DNA of 64,000 bases from NCBI GenBank assembly GCA_963665295.1, contig OY762209.1, positions 3,648,001-3,712,000 of the forward strand, read 5' to 3'. Below the pieces are notes generated by a model that searched no databases, had not been told where the DNA came from, and saw nothing but the letters and a program-made list of their open reading frames with translations. Each line of letters begins with the position of its first letter. The first letter of the stretch is position 1. The position numbers were made by a program, and so were the translations under genes. Source of the DNA: Syntrophorhabdaceae bacterium. Lineage in GTDB: Bacteria > Desulfobacterota > Syntrophorhabdia > Syntrophorhabdales > Syntrophorhabdaceae. Positions 30,279 to 41,778 of this stretch are shown here, one piece after another.

Positions 30279-30695
30279 GTGAATAAAGAAGCGGAGTTGA
30301 TCCATTGCCATACCTTGACGCAGAGTGAAGGCGGCTACGAAATCGGCGCGGTGGTCTATGAACTCGGCAACGACTGTCTTATTATACTCCATGGGGGGTC
30401 AAAGCCCCATATAGGAGCAATAGGGATGGGCCAGGTGAGAGTGAGTTTGAAAGATCCCGGCAAAGTCGCCGCGACAAGTTCGGTCTTTACCTACGTGGGT
30501 CATAAAGAGGATGTAATAGCCAAGGGCTTGTCGGAGGAAATTACCCGCAGGCTCGGAAGAAATACGGTGATCGTGGCCGGGGTTCATTGGGATGATCTGC
30601 CTGAGGAAGGGATAAGGACTGTCACGAATATCTGCCGGTCTTTGAGCGACAGGATAGTGGAGAAATTGGCCCGACCCGGTCGTGAATCTTCGTGA
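30279..30695 (+). CDS. LpdD-like conserved protein
   Basis: GG.KPHIGA, GHKED, AGVHWD conserved His motifs. Confidence 0.6.
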   Translation: MNKEAELIHCHTLTQSEGGYEIGAVVYELGNDCLIILHGGSKPHIGAIGMGQVRVSLKDPGKVAATSSVFTYVGHKEDVIAKGLSEEITRRLGRNTVIVAGVHWDDLPEEGIRTVTNICRSLSDRIVEKLARPGRESS

Positions 30696-30813
30696 CATGG
30701 GGAGAGAACAGCCCTCGAATGATACGAATAAGCGGTAGGTACTCTCCCTGTCCGTAGCGTGAGGAAACAGGAAGTTCGCTGACGGATGCCCGGCGACAAA
30801 AGAATGGTGGCGG

Positions 30814-33507
30814 ATGCTTAACAGGAACTGTGTGGGTAAAACAACACTTATCACAATACAGGCAATTCTCTTCCTCTGGATATTGTCCGTTGCAACGGCC
30901 GCGGCGTCGGCAAGGGACGAAGCCGTCCTTCGTTCCACGCTGCCAAACGGACTCAGGGTGGTCATTGTGCGGAACACCCTTGCCCCCGTTGTCTCCATGG
31001 TCGTTAATTACCTCGTAGGCTCCAACGAGGAACCCGAAGAATTTCCCGGCATGGCCCATGCCCAGGAGCATATGATGTTCCGGGGGAGCCCGGGTCTTAA
31101 CGCGGACCAGCTTGCCAACATTATGTCCGCCCTGGGAGGAATATTCAATGCCCGGACCAGACAGACAGTGACTCAGTATTTCCTCACGGTCCCCTCCAAA
31201 GACCTCGATGTGGCCCTCCATACCGAGGCAGTCCGCATGCGGGGTGTGATTGACAGTGAACCGCTCTGGTGCAGGGAGCGAGGCGCCATTGAACAGGAGG
31301 TGGCCGAGGATGTGTCTGATCCGGAGTATCTCTCCGACGAACATATGCTCTCTCATATATTCAGAGGTACCCCTTACGCGCATACGCCCCTCGGGTCCGT
31401 CTCCTCCTTTGAGAAGACTACCGGAGCCATGCTGAAAGAGTTTCATGATACCTGGTATGTGCCCAACAACGCGATCCTTGTAATTGTAGGTGACGTGAAA
31501 CCCCGGAAGGCACTCAGCCGGGTCCGAAAGTTTTTCGGACCCATCCCCGGAAGAGCGATTCGAAAGCGGCCGGAGGTCTGCCCCGTTCCCGCGGAGCCGG
31601 AGACGTTGTATCTCAAAACGGATCAGTCTTATGGCATGGCCAGGGTCTCTTTCCGCATGCCCGGGAGCGACAGCTCCGATTTTCCCGCGAGCCAGATATT
31701 GGCCGATGTCCTGAACAGTCAGCGGGGAAGTCTCTTCTCTCTGGTACCCGAGGGCAAGGCGTTCTACGCGGGCTTCAGCCTCAACGCGCTGCCCTGCGCC
31801 GGCACGGGCAGTGCCGTTATCGCATTTCCAAAGGGAGCCGATGCCTCAGCCCTGGCGCGAGAGATTCGAAATATCCTTAAGAAAGATGTAGAGAAGGGTT
31901 TTTCGCCTGAGCTTGTGGAGGCTTCCAAACGTGTCCGGCTCACGAAGACGGAGCTGAGGAAGAATTCAATACAGGGTCTGGCGGCTGCGTGGTCAAACTC
32001 CGTGGCCATAAACGGTCATGAGTCACCGGAGGTCGAAGCGGAGGCCTTGAAGCAAGTGTCAGCAGCCGACGTGAATCGGGTGGCGAGGAAGTACCTGGAC
32101 CTGGATCATGCCGTCACAAACATTCTTACGCCTGAACCTTCGGGGAAGCCCGCCGTGTCCGCCGTGTCGCGGACCAGGGGATCTGCCGAGTCTTTGGTGG
32201 TGGAGGAAGGCCGGGCTGTGGCGCTTCCCGGGTGGGCGTCAAAGGCCCTGGGCAAGCTCACCGTTCCGCCTTTCGTAGTAAGGCCGACCATAATGACTCT
32301 CCCTAACGGACTCAGGCTTGTCGTGCAGAGGGTTGCGGTGAGCAATACGGTGAGCCTTTACGGCCATATCAGAAACCGCCCGGAAATGGAGACTCCACCC
32401 GGAAAGGAAGGAGTCGATCAGGCGCTGAACCAACTCTTTCCGTACGGCAGCGTTACCCTCGACCGCCTAAAGTTTCAAAAGGCCCTTGATGACATCGGCG
32501 CCAGGGAGTCGGCGGGTGTGGACTTTACTCTGCAGGTCCTGGACGGACATTTTGAGGAGGGGGTTAGGCTTCTGGCGGAAAACCAACTCAGCCCCGCCCT
32601 TCCTGAAGAGGGTTTCAGGACGGTAAAGAAACAACTCGTCGATGCAATTGCAGGGAAACTCCAGAGTCCCGATCATCTCGCGAGGCACTCCTTAAGGACT
32701 GCCCTATTTCCCCCGGACGATCCGGCGCTACGCAGACCCACTATCGAGTCCGTCTCGTCCCTTACTCTGCAGGATGTGAGGGATTATTACAAAAAGGTTT
32801 TCCGTCCGGACTTGACCGCTGTCGTGATTGTGGGAAAGATCACTCCCGCGAAGGCCCGTAGTGTAATGGAGAAATATTTCGGGTCATGGAAGGCGGTGGG
32901 CACCAAGCCGGAGTTGTTGCTTCCTCCGGTGCCCGCAAGCAAGCCCTCTTGCACCTTTGTCCCGGACGCGACCAGGGTCCAGGAGGAGGTGACCCTTGCC
33001 GAGACGATTGGGGCTCCACGTTCTTATCCTGATTTCTATGCCCTGAACCTTGGAAATCGCGTTCTGGGAGGTTCCACGTGCACGACCAGGTTGTACCGGG
33101 ATTTACGTGAAGAATCAGGGCTCGTCTACTATGTCTCTTCTTCCCTGAGGATACGGAAGACACGCTCAACCTACCAGGTGAGGTACGGCTGCAGCACCCC
33201 GGATGTTGCAAAGGTACGGTCTATCGTGGAGCGTAATCTTATCGCCATGCAGACTTCTCCGGTGAGTGAGGGGGAGCTTGCACGGGCGAAGGCCCTGCTG
33301 CTCAGGCAGATGTCGCTGGCGGAATCGAGTGTTGACGGAATTGCGGCGGGTCTAGCCTACCGGGCCGCCCACGACCCTCCCCTCGAAGACCCGGCGGAGG
33401 CGGCACGGCGTTACGTGAAGCTCACGCCCGAGCACGTTCGGAACGCCTTTGCCAGATGGATCAGACCTGCCGATCTGGCGGAAATAGACAAGGGCCCCCT
33501 TAAATAG
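30814..33507 (+). CDS. M16 (pitrilysin/insulinase) family zinc peptidase, two-lobed
   Basis: TLPNGLRV present twice, inverted zinc motif AHAQEH, signal peptide. Confidence 0.92.
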   Translation: MLNRNCVGKTTLITIQAILFLWILSVATAAASARDEAVLRSTLPNGLRVVIVRNTLAPVVSMVVNYLVGSNEEPEEFPGMAHAQEHMMFRGSPGLNADQLANIMSALGGIFNARTRQTVTQYFLTVPSKDLDVALHTEAVRMRGVIDSEPLWCRERGAIEQEVAEDVSDPEYLSDEHMLSHIFRGTPYAHTPLGSVSSFEKTTGAMLKEFHDTWYVPNNAILVIVGDVKPRKALSRVRKFFGPIPGRAIRKRPEVCPVPAEPETLYLKTDQSYGMARVSFRMPGSDSSDFPASQILADVLNSQRGSLFSLVPEGKAFYAGFSLNALPCAGTGSAVIAFPKGADASALAREIRNILKKDVEKGFSPELVEASKRVRLTKTELRKNSIQGLAAAWSNSVAINGHESPEVEAEALKQVSAADVNRVARKYLDLDHAVTNILTPEPSGKPAVSAVSRTRGSAESLVVEEGRAVALPGWASKALGKLTVPPFVVRPTIMTLPNGLRLVVQRVAVSNTVSLYGHIRNRPEMETPPGKEGVDQALNQLFPYGSVTLDRLKFQKALDDIGARESAGVDFTLQVLDGHFEEGVRLLAENQLSPALPEEGFRTVKKQLVDAIAGKLQSPDHLARHSLRTALFPPDDPALRRPTIESVSSLTLQDVRDYYKKVFRPDLTAVVIVGKITPAKARSVMEKYFGSWKAVGTKPELLLPPVPASKPSCTFVPDATRVQEEVTLAETIGAPRSYPDFYALNLGNRVLGGSTCTTRLYRDLREESGLVYYVSSSLRIRKTRSTYQVRYGCSTPDVAKVRSIVERNLIAMQTSPVSEGELARAKALLLRQMSLAESSVDGIAAGLAYRAAHDPPLEDPAEAARRYVKLTPEHVRNAFARWIRPADLAEIDKGPLK

Positions 33508-33575
33508 CGTGTGTGGCGCAGTGCCCGATTGGCAAGGGCAGGGCGATGGGTGCGAAAGAACCAGAGGGAGGATAT

Positions 33576-34154
33576 ATGGCCCACAAATTCAACCCGGGAA
33601 AGATGTGCAAACTGGATGATCCCGGTCGCATAAAGTTATTGCCGGCCCGGGAGATACTTTTGCGCGCAGGCCTGAAAGGAGGGGACACTTTTCTTGATGT
33701 TGGGGCGGGTACGGGGTATTTCGCCTTTCCTGCGTCCGAAATTGTGGGAAGCGATGGGAAGGTCATAGCCGTCGATGTCTCCGGTGAGATGGTGGCGGAA
33801 CTGCAAGCACGGGCGGCGAAAAGGGGCGCCCGAAACATGGAGATCAGAAAGTCCGCGGAATATGATGTTATGGTCGAGCACGGCGTGGTAGACCTGGCGT
33901 TTATGTGCGCGGTCCTCCACGAGATTGATGAAAAAGCACGATTTCTTGCTCGCATCAAAATAACTCTCAAACCGGCGGGCAGACTTTGCATTGTCGAGTG
34001 GGTGAAAAGGGTCATGGATATGGGGCCACCCGTGGGTGAACGGCTTGAAATGACGGAGACCGAAGAGTTGCTGGGTACGGTTGGGTTGAAGGTGGTCGGC
34101 AGAGATAGGTTGAATGATTTTTTCTATTCTGTGAGCGGTGCAAGATCTGAATAA
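33576..34154 (+). CDS. Class I SAM-dependent methyltransferase
   Basis: FLDVGAGTG, VIAVDVS, VLHEI; GGAGG RBS. Confidence 0.9.
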   Translation: MAHKFNPGKMCKLDDPGRIKLLPAREILLRAGLKGGDTFLDVGAGTGYFAFPASEIVGSDGKVIAVDVSGEMVAELQARAAKRGARNMEIRKSAEYDVMVEHGVVDLAFMCAVLHEIDEKARFLARIKITLKPAGRLCIVEWVKRVMDMGPPVGERLEMTETEELLGTVGLKVVGRDRLNDFFYSVSGARSE

Positions 34155-34184
34155 AGATATCGATTCGAAACCTCGCGATTTGTC

Positions 34185-34221
34185 TTGACAGACGAAACCA
34201 TAATAGTTAGCATACTAACAT
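34185..34221 (+). promoter_or_regulatory. marR promoter with palindromic operator
   Basis: TTGACA-N17-TAGCAT; GTTAG-CATA-CTAAC palindrome over the -10. Confidence 0.7.
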
Positions 34222-34668
34222 ATGGACGGCAAGAACATACCGCGTCTGGATCCCCATGAGAGCCTGGGGTTTCATTGCGGCCTCACATTTAAGGCCTTTA
34301 TGAGTTCTGTGGAGGGAAGGCTGAAGGGCACGGGGGTAAGCCCTGCCCAGTTCCTCGCCCTCGCTCATCTTGTTGCACTGGGCCCGTTGTCCCAGTCGGA
34401 GTTGGTGGACCGGCTCTCCATAACAAAAGCTACCGGGGTACGACTCATCGACCGGATGGAACGCGACGGATGGGTGATGCGGCAGGCCGATGCAACGGAC
34501 GGACGGGTGAAACGGGTGGTACCCACGCGGAAGGCCATGGAAATATGGGAAAAGGTTTCACAGGCGGGACGCGAAGTTCTGGACCAGGCGTACCGGGGAG
34601 TCCATCCGTCGGAGATTGAGACCGTGAAGAGGATACTCGAGCGGGTGAGAAGAAATCTTAAGGCGTAA
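34222..34668 (+). CDS. MarR-family regulator
   Basis: LSQSEL, LIDRMERDGWV.R..DATDGR. Confidence 0.93.
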   Translation: MDGKNIPRLDPHESLGFHCGLTFKAFMSSVEGRLKGTGVSPAQFLALAHLVALGPLSQSELVDRLSITKATGVRLIDRMERDGWVMRQADATDGRVKRVVPTRKAMEIWEKVSQAGREVLDQAYRGVHPSEIETVKRILERVRRNLKA

Positions 34669-34682
34669 TTCTTTTTGGCACC

Positions 34683-34702
34683 ATAGTTAGCATACGAACT
34701 AT
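34683..34702 (+). promoter_or_regulatory. Second MarR-type operator upstream of TauE gene
   Basis: ATAGTTAGCATACGAACTAT, near-identical to the site at 34203-34221. Confidence 0.7.
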
Positions 34703-34727
34703 AGGCAGACCTGAAAGGAGGTACACT

Positions 34728-35565
34728 ATGGGACTTAGCGGTTATAATGTCATGCAGTTCGTTGTAGTCGGTATCGGCGGAGGTATCATGGGCGGATTCT
34801 TCGGCGTAGGGGCGGCCATAATCATGGTGCCTCTGCTTATCTATTGGGTCTTTCCTGCCATGAACGTGCCGGCGGACACTATCGTGCATTTGGCCTTTGG
34901 GACGAGCCTCGCCATCGTCATCCCCACCGCCCTCTCAAGCTCTCTCGCCCATTCAAAAGCAGGGAACGTGACCTTGGCGGGTAGTATTCCACTTAGTCGT
35001 CACAGGATTGGCCGCCTCGTACCTGGGCTCCATGCTTGCGGCAAAATTAAGCGGCCCGCTCCTGAAGTGTCTCTTTGCCCTCCTCTTGACCGGGATCGCT
35101 CTTCAAATGTTATTGCGGAAGAAGGGGCCGGAAGCTACAGGCGGACCCATCACCCGGGAAGTCACGCGGACTCTGGTGGTGGGAGTCCTTGTGGGTTTCT
35201 TTTCAGGTTTTTTCGGGGTCGGAGGAGGAGTGGTGGCTATACCCCTCACGGTCAGATATCTGGGAATTCCCATCCATCGATCGGTGGGGATATCCATTTC
35301 CTTCGTGTTTTTCGCCGCTCTTGCGGGAACAGCGGGATATATCTCCCAGGGCGTGGGAAGAGGCGGTCTTCCGCCTTATTCGCTCGGGTATGTATATATC
35401 TGGGGATGGATTTTTGCAGGGGTTCCGAGCATCTTCCTTGCCAGATGGGGCGCCCTGTGGGCGCGCAATACGAAGCCGGAGCACCTGGAGAAGGCCTTCG
35501 CCCTTTTACTTGCGGTGGTGGGTTTGAGGATGTTGTGGGATACGATCAGAGTTTTGTTCTCGTAG
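34728..35565 (+). pseudogene. TauE/SafE sulfite exporter family gene with a single frameshift
   Basis: N-half (GFFGVGA..MVP, AFGTSLA) and C-half (SGFFGVGGG..IP) in different frames; removing one T at 34974 gives a 278-aa protein. Confidence 0.85.
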
Positions 35566-35714
35566 TTTGGGTAAACGACACGGACAACAGGAGCCCGGGA
35601 AAAAAGGGTTTCGCTTATGGGCGTCCGGCGCCCCTGGAACAAGAGAAAGGCGACGCATATTGGGAAGATGGGGATGGCTCCGACCGGCAGCCCTAAAAAA
35701 CCCGTCCCATGAGG

Positions 35715-38700
35715 TCAAACCGCGGTCATATCCGCCGTAGTGTCATTTGCGCGTCTCTTCAGCAGATAGTAAAGGACCGGTACCATAGTCCTCGAAAGGA
35801 ATGTGGCCGCCACTTCCCCTGCCATGAGGGCAATAGCCATGCCTTGAAAGATGGGATCGAAGAGGATGACCGACGAGCCCACGACCACTGCTGCGGCAGT
35901 GAGAAGCATGGGCCTGAACCGGATGATGCCTGCCTGGACAACCGCTTCTTCGAGAGGAATCCCGTCGGCGATCTTGAGATCTATGAAATCAACGAGGATT
36001 ATGGAGTTCCGTACCACGATACCGGCTCCGGCGATGAACCCAATCATGGATGTGGCAGTGAAGAAGGCCCCCATAAGGGCATGTCCGGGGAGTATTCCGA
36101 TCAAGGACAGAGGGATAGGGGCCATGATGACAAGCGGTACGGTGAAAGACTTGAACCATCCGACCACCATGACATAGATGAGGATCAATACGGCTGCGAA
36201 GGCGATACCCAGGTCTCTGAAGACCTCATAGGTGATGTGCCATTCTCCGTCCCATTTAAGGGCGTACCTGTCTTCCAGCGACGGCTGCATTGATGTGTAC
36301 TGCCTCATTTCGTAGCCCTCAGGGAGTTTGTAATCCTTCAGGATCCGTCCCATCTTCAGTATAGGATAGACCGGACTTTCCTCTCTCCCTGCCACATCCC
36401 CGATCACGTATACCACCCGTTTCAAATTCTTCCGGTAAATGGTCTTGTCCTCTACGCCTTCCCGCAATTCAACCAGATTGCCGAGAGCGACCTGCCGGCC
36501 CGAGGTCCCTGTTATTGCGATCTCTTTCAGTCTTTCCAAACCCGCGCGGTCGACGAGAGGCGCCCGCATAAATAGTTCGGGAGGCTCCCGGTCCTTGTCG
36601 GTGTGGATAAGGCCCGCAACCGTTCCGTCAAGCACCGTTCGGACACTTTCAGCGACGAGAGCCGCGTTGATACCGTTCATGGCGGCTTTTTCTCTATCTA
36701 CGCGGAAGGTAAATTTTTTCTGGTCGCCTTCGACATACCAGTCCACGTCTACCACATCTTTAGTTTTTGAGAAGACATCCCGAATGTGGCGGGCTATTTC
36801 TCTCTGTCTGTCAAAGTCGGGACCGTATATTTCTGCCACCAGGGTGCTGAGTACAGGGGGACCGGGTGGTATTTCCACTACCTTGGTTCTGCCGCCGTAC
36901 TTGTCCCCCATGGCCTTTATGTGCGGCCTGATTCTTTTTGCGATATCGTGACTCTGGGCCTTTCTCTCATCCTTTCCCACGAAGTTTACCTGTATGTCGG
37001 CAACGTTACTCCCTGACCGAAGGAAATAGTGCCTCACCAGGCCGTTGAAGTTGAAGGGGGCGGATGTCCCTACGTAGGACTGGAAGTTGGTCACCTCCGG
37101 AACGCTCTTCAGGAAACCGGCGATCTCCCCGGTGAGGGCCGCAGTCTCTTCAAGGGTTGTACCTTCCGGCATGTCGATGACCACCTGAAGCTCACTTTTG
37201 TTGTCGAAAGGGAGCATCTTGACCCGGGTCAGCTTCAATGGGATGAGAGCGAAGGCCATCACCAGCAGCCCGGCTACAATGAGGAAGAATAGGGTTCTCT
37301 TCTTTCTGTTTTCCAGGAGCCCCCGAAGATTGTTCTCATAAATCCTGTTGAGTCGGCCGAGTATGCCCCTTTCCTTTTCTTCCTCGCGGGAACTTTTGTG
37401 TGTATTTCTGAGGACGATAAAGCTCAACCATGGGCTGATGATAAAGGCGATGAGAAGTGAGATGACCATGGCTGCCGATGCGCCCATGGGGATGGGACGC
37501 ATGTAGGGACCCATGAGACCGGACACAAACGCCATGGGGAGGAGTGCGGCTATTACTGCGAAAGTGGCGAGGATCGTGGGCTGGCCCACCTCTTCTACGG
37601 CGGCGACGGCAGTCGCGTAGTCTACTTTGCCCATCTTGAAGTGACGGTGAATGTTTTCGACTACTACGATGGCGTCATCAACGAGGATACCGATGGAAAA
37701 TATGAGAGCAAAGAGGGTAACCCTGTTCAGGGTATAGCCGTAGAGATATGTGACGAGTATTGTGAGGGCGAGGGTGACGGGAACCGCGACGGCAACAACA
37801 ATGGATTCTCTCCATCCGAGGGCGAGGGCGATGAGGAAGGTCACCGAGAGAGCTGCGATGAACATGTGTTTCAGGAGTTCGTCTGATTTTTCCTTTGCCG
37901 TATCTCCGTAATTCCTGGTCGTCGTGATCTCGATCTCCGACGGTATGGTGTTGCCCTTCAATTTCTCAATGGTCTTACGGCTTCTTTCCGAGATGAGGGT
38001 GGCGTTGGCCCCTTTCTTCTTCGCTATCGAGATCGTCACCGCCTCATTGGCCTCTTGGCCTGAAGAAGGAGACGCGGGGCCGAAACCCATAAACACATAG
38101 CTTGAGGGTTCCTCGGGCCCGTCCGTCAACTCCGCAATATTGCGAAGGTAGACGGGTTTCCCGCCGGAAACGGCGATAACCGTGTTCCCTGCATCGTCCG
38201 CATCCTTTATAAAGTAGCCCGCATCTACAAGGAATTCTCTATTACGGTCGGGAAACTTGCCTGCCGATCCCAGGGTGTTTGCCTTTTGGAGAACGCTCGT
38301 GATTTGAAGGGGAGAAACATTGTATGCCTTGAGACGGAGGGGGTCGATGCGTATTCCTACCTGCCTTCTTTGGCCGCCGGTTATGGTGAATTCCGACACA
38401 TCGGGATCCTTCTTCAGAACGTCACATACCTCGAGTGCCACCTTCCTTAGTTCGTAGCCGGTATAACGAGGGCTCCATAAAGTATAGGTGAGGATAGGTA
38501 CATCGTCTATCGATCTTGGCTTGACGAGCGGCCGGGAGACCCCCGGGGGAATTTTGTCGTAATTGGACATGAGCTTGTTGTACAGGTCGACAATGCTTTT
38601 CTCCATGTTTTCGCCGACGCGGAACCGCACAGTGGCTATGCTCAATCCCGGTTTGGACATGGTGTAGAGATAGTCCACGCCCTTTATCTCCCAGAGGAGC

Positions 38701-38915
38701 CTGGACATGGGTTTCGTCGCCCGTTCGTCTACCTCGGAAGCGGATGCGCCGGGGTAGACGACGAAGACATCGATCATGGGCACAGCGATCTGTGGCTCTT
38801 CTTCCCTTGGAGTCACGATTACCGCAAATACCCCGAGTAGGATGGCGGCGATGACCATGAGGGGTGTGAGCTTGGAATCAATGAATGTTCTGGCTATCTT
38901 CCCCGATATTCCCAT
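35715..38915 (-). CDS. RND (AcrB/CzcA family) efflux permease
   Basis: [35 protein letters not shown]; 1066 aa. Confidence 0.95.
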   Translation of the reverse strand: MGISGKIARTFIDSKLTPLMVIAAILLGVFAVIVTPREEEPQIAVPMIDVFVVYPGASASEVDERATKPMSRLLWEIKGVDYLYTMSKPGLSIATVRFRVGENMEKSIVDLYNKLMSNYDKIPPGVSRPLVKPRSIDDVPILTYTLWSPRYTGYELRKVALEVCDVLKKDPDVSEFTITGGQRRQVGIRIDPLRLKAYNVSPLQITSVLQKANTLGSAGKFPDRNREFLVDAGYFIKDADDAGNTVIAVSGGKPVYLRNIAELTDGPEEPSSYVFMGFGPASPSSGQEANEAVTISIAKKKGANATLISERSRKTIEKLKGNTIPSEIEITTTRNYGDTAKEKSDELLKHMFIAALSVTFLIALALGWRESIVVAVAVPVTLALTILVTYLYGYTLNRVTLFALIFSIGILVDDAIVVVENIHRHFKMGKVDYATAVAAVEEVGQPTILATFAVIAALLPMAFVSGLMGPYMRPIPMGASAAMVISLLIAFIISPWLSFIVLRNTHKSSREEEKERGILGRLNRIYENNLRGLLENRKKRTLFFLIVAGLLVMAFALIPLKLTRVKMLPFDNKSELQVVIDMPEGTTLEETAALTGEIAGFLKSVPEVTNFQSYVGTSAPFNFNGLVRHYFLRSGSNVADIQVNFVGKDERKAQSHDIAKRIRPHIKAMGDKYGGRTKVVEIPPGPPVLSTLVAEIYGPDFDRQREIARHIRDVFSKTKDVVDVDWYVEGDQKKFTFRVDREKAAMNGINAALVAESVRTVLDGTVAGLIHTDKDREPPELFMRAPLVDRAGLERLKEIAITGTSGRQVALGNLVELREGVEDKTIYRKNLKRVVYVIGDVAGREESPVYPILKMGRILKDYKLPEGYEMRQYTSMQPSLEDRYALKWDGEWHITYEVFRDLGIAFAAVLILIYVMVVGWFKSFTVPLVIMAPIPLSLIGILPGHALMGAFFTATSMIGFIAGAGIVVRNSIILVDFIDLKIADGIPLEEAVVQAGIIRFRPMLLTAAAVVVGSSVILFDPIFQGMAIALMAGEVAATFLSRTMVPVLYYLLKRRANDTTADMTAV

Positions 38916-38919
38916 TGGC

Positions 38920-40119
38920 TCAAGAGCGGTCCCTGTCGATCGCGTGTTGTTCCCTTTCCGGCACGGCGCTTCGTTGTTCCCTCACTATGCCGCCGTCCAC
39001 AGCCTTTTCCGTACCGTTGACGATTATCCTGTCACCATCTTTCAGGCCGGACAATACTTCGGTCCCCTTATCAAAGGTTTTGCCCTTTCTGACAAGACGG
39101 TAGGTTGCCACGTCCCGGTCGTCGAGGACATAAACCCCCGAAAGCTGCCCCTTTTCCACCAATGCAGAGGGAGGGACAAGAAGGACTTCTCTTGTTCCGT
39201 CGGGGATGAAGACTTTACCATAGAGGCCGCTTCTCAGATGTGTTCCCTTAATCTCCGCTTCGATAGCAAAAGTTCGGGTCACGGGGTCAACCGCAGGAAC
39301 CACTTTTACTACGGTGCCCGTAACCGTTTCCCGGCGTGCGTCGAGATAGACCTTGAGCGGCGTACCCAACCTCAGTCTTCCTGAGAGCCTTTCATCGACG
39401 GAAGCCCGTATTTTGTAGCGGGAGGTATCTTCAATCGTGATGACCGGGGTACCCGGGACTGCCATGCTGCCCTGTTCGACCTTTCTTTCGGTGACCAACC
39501 CGGAGAAAGGCGCGCGAATCCGGGTATAACTGAAGTGAACGCGCGATTCTTCCAGAAGGGCCTTCGCACGCTCTGAAGCGAGTGAGGCCCTTTCGAACTC
39601 CAGGCTCGCTACGTTCCGCCCGGTTTCTATCTGATCGAACTCCTGACGGGACACGACCTTTTCGCTATACAGATTGCCGTACCTGCGGGAGGTGATATCG
39701 GCAAGACTCGATTGTTTTTCCGCGGCTTCCCTGGCCTTCAAAGCCTCACTGTAGCCGGCCTCTGCTGCATTAAGCCTGTGACGGGCATCCCTGTCGTCTA
39801 TGCTGAGGAGGGTATCTCCGATGCGCGCCACATCGCCTTCCTTTACGTAGACCATGGTGATCGTTCCGAATACCCTGCTTGCAAGGGTACTAGTTGTTTT
39901 CGCGCTTACCGTTCCCGAGGTTTCATAGAGGGAATCAATTGTGGAGGTCACGACTTTTGCGACGGTGACGCCCCTGATTTCGTGTCTCTTAACCTCAGCC
40001 TGCCCTGGTTTTATCTTTTCTTTGCAGCCAGAAAGAGACGCGGCAACAATGGATACCATGACCGCCACAGACAGTATTTTCGTGAGTCGATGTTTCAAGT
40101 TGCCTCTTTGCCGGTTCAT
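38920..40119 (-). CDS. RND periplasmic adaptor (MFP), lipoprotein
   Basis: LSGC lipobox, V.EGD.., [16 protein letters not shown]. Confidence 0.92.
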   Translation of the reverse strand: MNRQRGNLKHRLTKILSVAVMVSIVAASLSGCKEKIKPGQAEVKRHEIRGVTVAKVVTSTIDSLYETSGTVSAKTTSTLASRVFGTITMVYVKEGDVARIGDTLLSIDDRDARHRLNAAEAGYSEALKAREAAEKQSSLADITSRRYGNLYSEKVVSRQEFDQIETGRNVASLEFERASLASERAKALLEESRVHFSYTRIRAPFSGLVTERKVEQGSMAVPGTPVITIEDTSRYKIRASVDERLSGRLRLGTPLKVYLDARRETVTGTVVKVVPAVDPVTRTFAIEAEIKGTHLRSGLYGKVFIPDGTREVLLVPPSALVEKGQLSGVYVLDDRDVATYRLVRKGKTFDKGTEVLSGLKDGDRIIVNGTEKAVDGGIVREQRSAVPEREQHAIDRDRS

Positions 40120-40135
40120 GCTTTTTTTGCTCCTT

Positions 40136-41488
40136 CTATTCGATTCCCAAATCTTTGAGAATGGTCCCGCTTTCGTAACCCAAGGTGATGACGGCAAGAC
40201 TGAATTCATTCTGCCGGGCTGCCACATCCGCTCTGGCGCGATTCACGTGAAGTTGAACGTCAAGAAGGTCGACGATAGGTGAGAGCGAATTTTCATACCG
40301 TTGCTGCACAAGCCTCTTGCCTTCTTCGGCGGACACGAGGGCGCTTCCGGCAAACTCTTCATTTTTTCGCGCCTCATCGACGCCCAGGTATGCCTCTTCA
40401 ACCCTGAAGGATATAAGGTGGGTGAGATTCTTGAGATGTTCCTTTGTCTCTGCCGCTTCATGGTGGGCTTTCTTTCTTTCCGACTCCCTGAGCAGTCCGT
40501 CAAAAAGGTTCCATTTGAAGAAGGCCACGAAGAGCCAACTCTCGCCTTCCGAGCCCAGGAGCCGGGTATGGTCATTAAACTGATAGGAGCCACCCACACC
40601 GATTGACGGGAGATAGAGAGACTCGGCCCGCTTGACGTTTACCATGGCGCTGTCATGGCGCACCTTCATGGCCTTTGCATCTTTGCGCGAGAGGGATGCA
40701 TCGGTGTAATAGGTGAGGTCTTTCAGAGTAAAGTCAAGGCGTTCATCCTCCGGGCCGATGGTATCCTGCGTCCCCAGGACATAGGCGAACCATCGCTTCG
40801 ATACGGTGAGATCTTTCTTAAAACTCACCTGCTTCTGTTGCGCCTCGGTGAGCGATGTCCTGGCCCTTAGGACGTCGGAATAGAGACCGAGGCCGTTTCT
40901 GTATCTCGATTCCGCAATTCTCACGTGTTCTCCGGCATCTTCCACAGCCTTGCCGGCCACCCCTTCATAGGCCCTTGCGGTATGTACCTTGAGGTATGCC
41001 TGTGCCACCTTGAAGGCGATTTCTTCCATTTTTCGTCGCAGCTCTTCGCTTCTGGCCGAATACTGGAGCTTTGCCAGATTGAGGTCCAGATATGAACTCA
41101 TAGTGAAGAGGGGTTGTTCGAAAGAAAACATACTTTGATAATCAGTGATGGGGTCAGGGTTGTTGAGCGAATTAACTGCAAAATCCCCCTGGGTAAACCT
41201 TTGCTGATTGAGCTTCATCATGAATGCGGTGGGCGGGTTGTTGGTACGGGCGGCCCTCTCTTCAAAAGACAATTTTGGCAACAAGTGGCTTCTTGCCACG
41301 CCGATATCCTCTTTCCTGGCTGAGACAGAGTTCCTGAAGGCCTTGATTTCGTAATTACTCTCCAACGCCACCCTGATTGCTTCAGCGAGGGTGATCTTCT
41401 GCTCGGCCGCACCTACCGAGCAGGGAGGCATTACAAGGGATAGGAGCAGTGAACAACAAAGGTAGAAGGCAATTCGTGCCATACCCAT
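40136..41488 (-). CDS. TolC-family outer membrane factor
   Basis: ITLAEAI..AL..N, ARSHLLP.L, RY.NGL, upstream of MFP and RND genes. Confidence 0.92.
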   Translation of the reverse strand: MGMARIAFYLCCSLLLSLVMPPCSVGAAEQKITLAEAIRVALESNYEIKAFRNSVSARKEDIGVARSHLLPKLSFEERAARTNNPPTAFMMKLNQQRFTQGDFAVNSLNNPDPITDYQSMFSFEQPLFTMSSYLDLNLAKLQYSARSEELRRKMEEIAFKVAQAYLKVHTARAYEGVAGKAVEDAGEHVRIAESRYRNGLGLYSDVLRARTSLTEAQQKQVSFKKDLTVSKRWFAYVLGTQDTIGPEDERLDFTLKDLTYYTDASLSRKDAKAMKVRHDSAMVNVKRAESLYLPSIGVGGSYQFNDHTRLLGSEGESWLFVAFFKWNLFDGLLRESERKKAHHEAAETKEHLKNLTHLISFRVEEAYLGVDEARKNEEFAGSALVSAEEGKRLVQQRYENSLSPIVDLLDVQLHVNRARADVAARQNEFSLAVITLGYESGTILKDLGIE

Positions 41489-41699
41489 CCTTCCCCCTAG
41501 ATTGGAGTGGGCACCCGGACTATCGTGCGCGAAGAGGGACTCATTAGGGAAAACGTAATACACATAACCCTGAGGCACAACGGCCTAGTCACGTTTTATT
41601 GTAATCTGTGGAACGGGCACCGGACAAATTGGTTTTGGCAGGGGCAAAATAAATATGAATTCATGGACCAGAAATCTATATTCAGCGTGGTTTTTTCAC

Positions 41700-41731
41700 T
41701 TGACAGTTGGATATAGCTGAATATATATTCA
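41700..41731 (+). promoter_or_regulatory. Promoter with palindromic operator TGAATATATATTCA
   Basis: TTGACA at 41700; perfect 14-bp palindrome at 41718-41731. Confidence 0.65.
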
Positions 41732-41778
41732 TAATATGATGATAATAGGAATCAAAACGGTCTATGGGGGATTGCATA

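Noticed and set aside
34675..34692. Sigma-54 promoter TGGCAC...TTAGC
   Set aside because: GG-to-GC spacing is 11 rather than 10; the site is better explained as a MarR operator.
34728..35696. 322-aa ORF as a real protein
   Set aside because: Only the first 82 codons are TauE; the rest is out-of-frame read-through after the frameshift.
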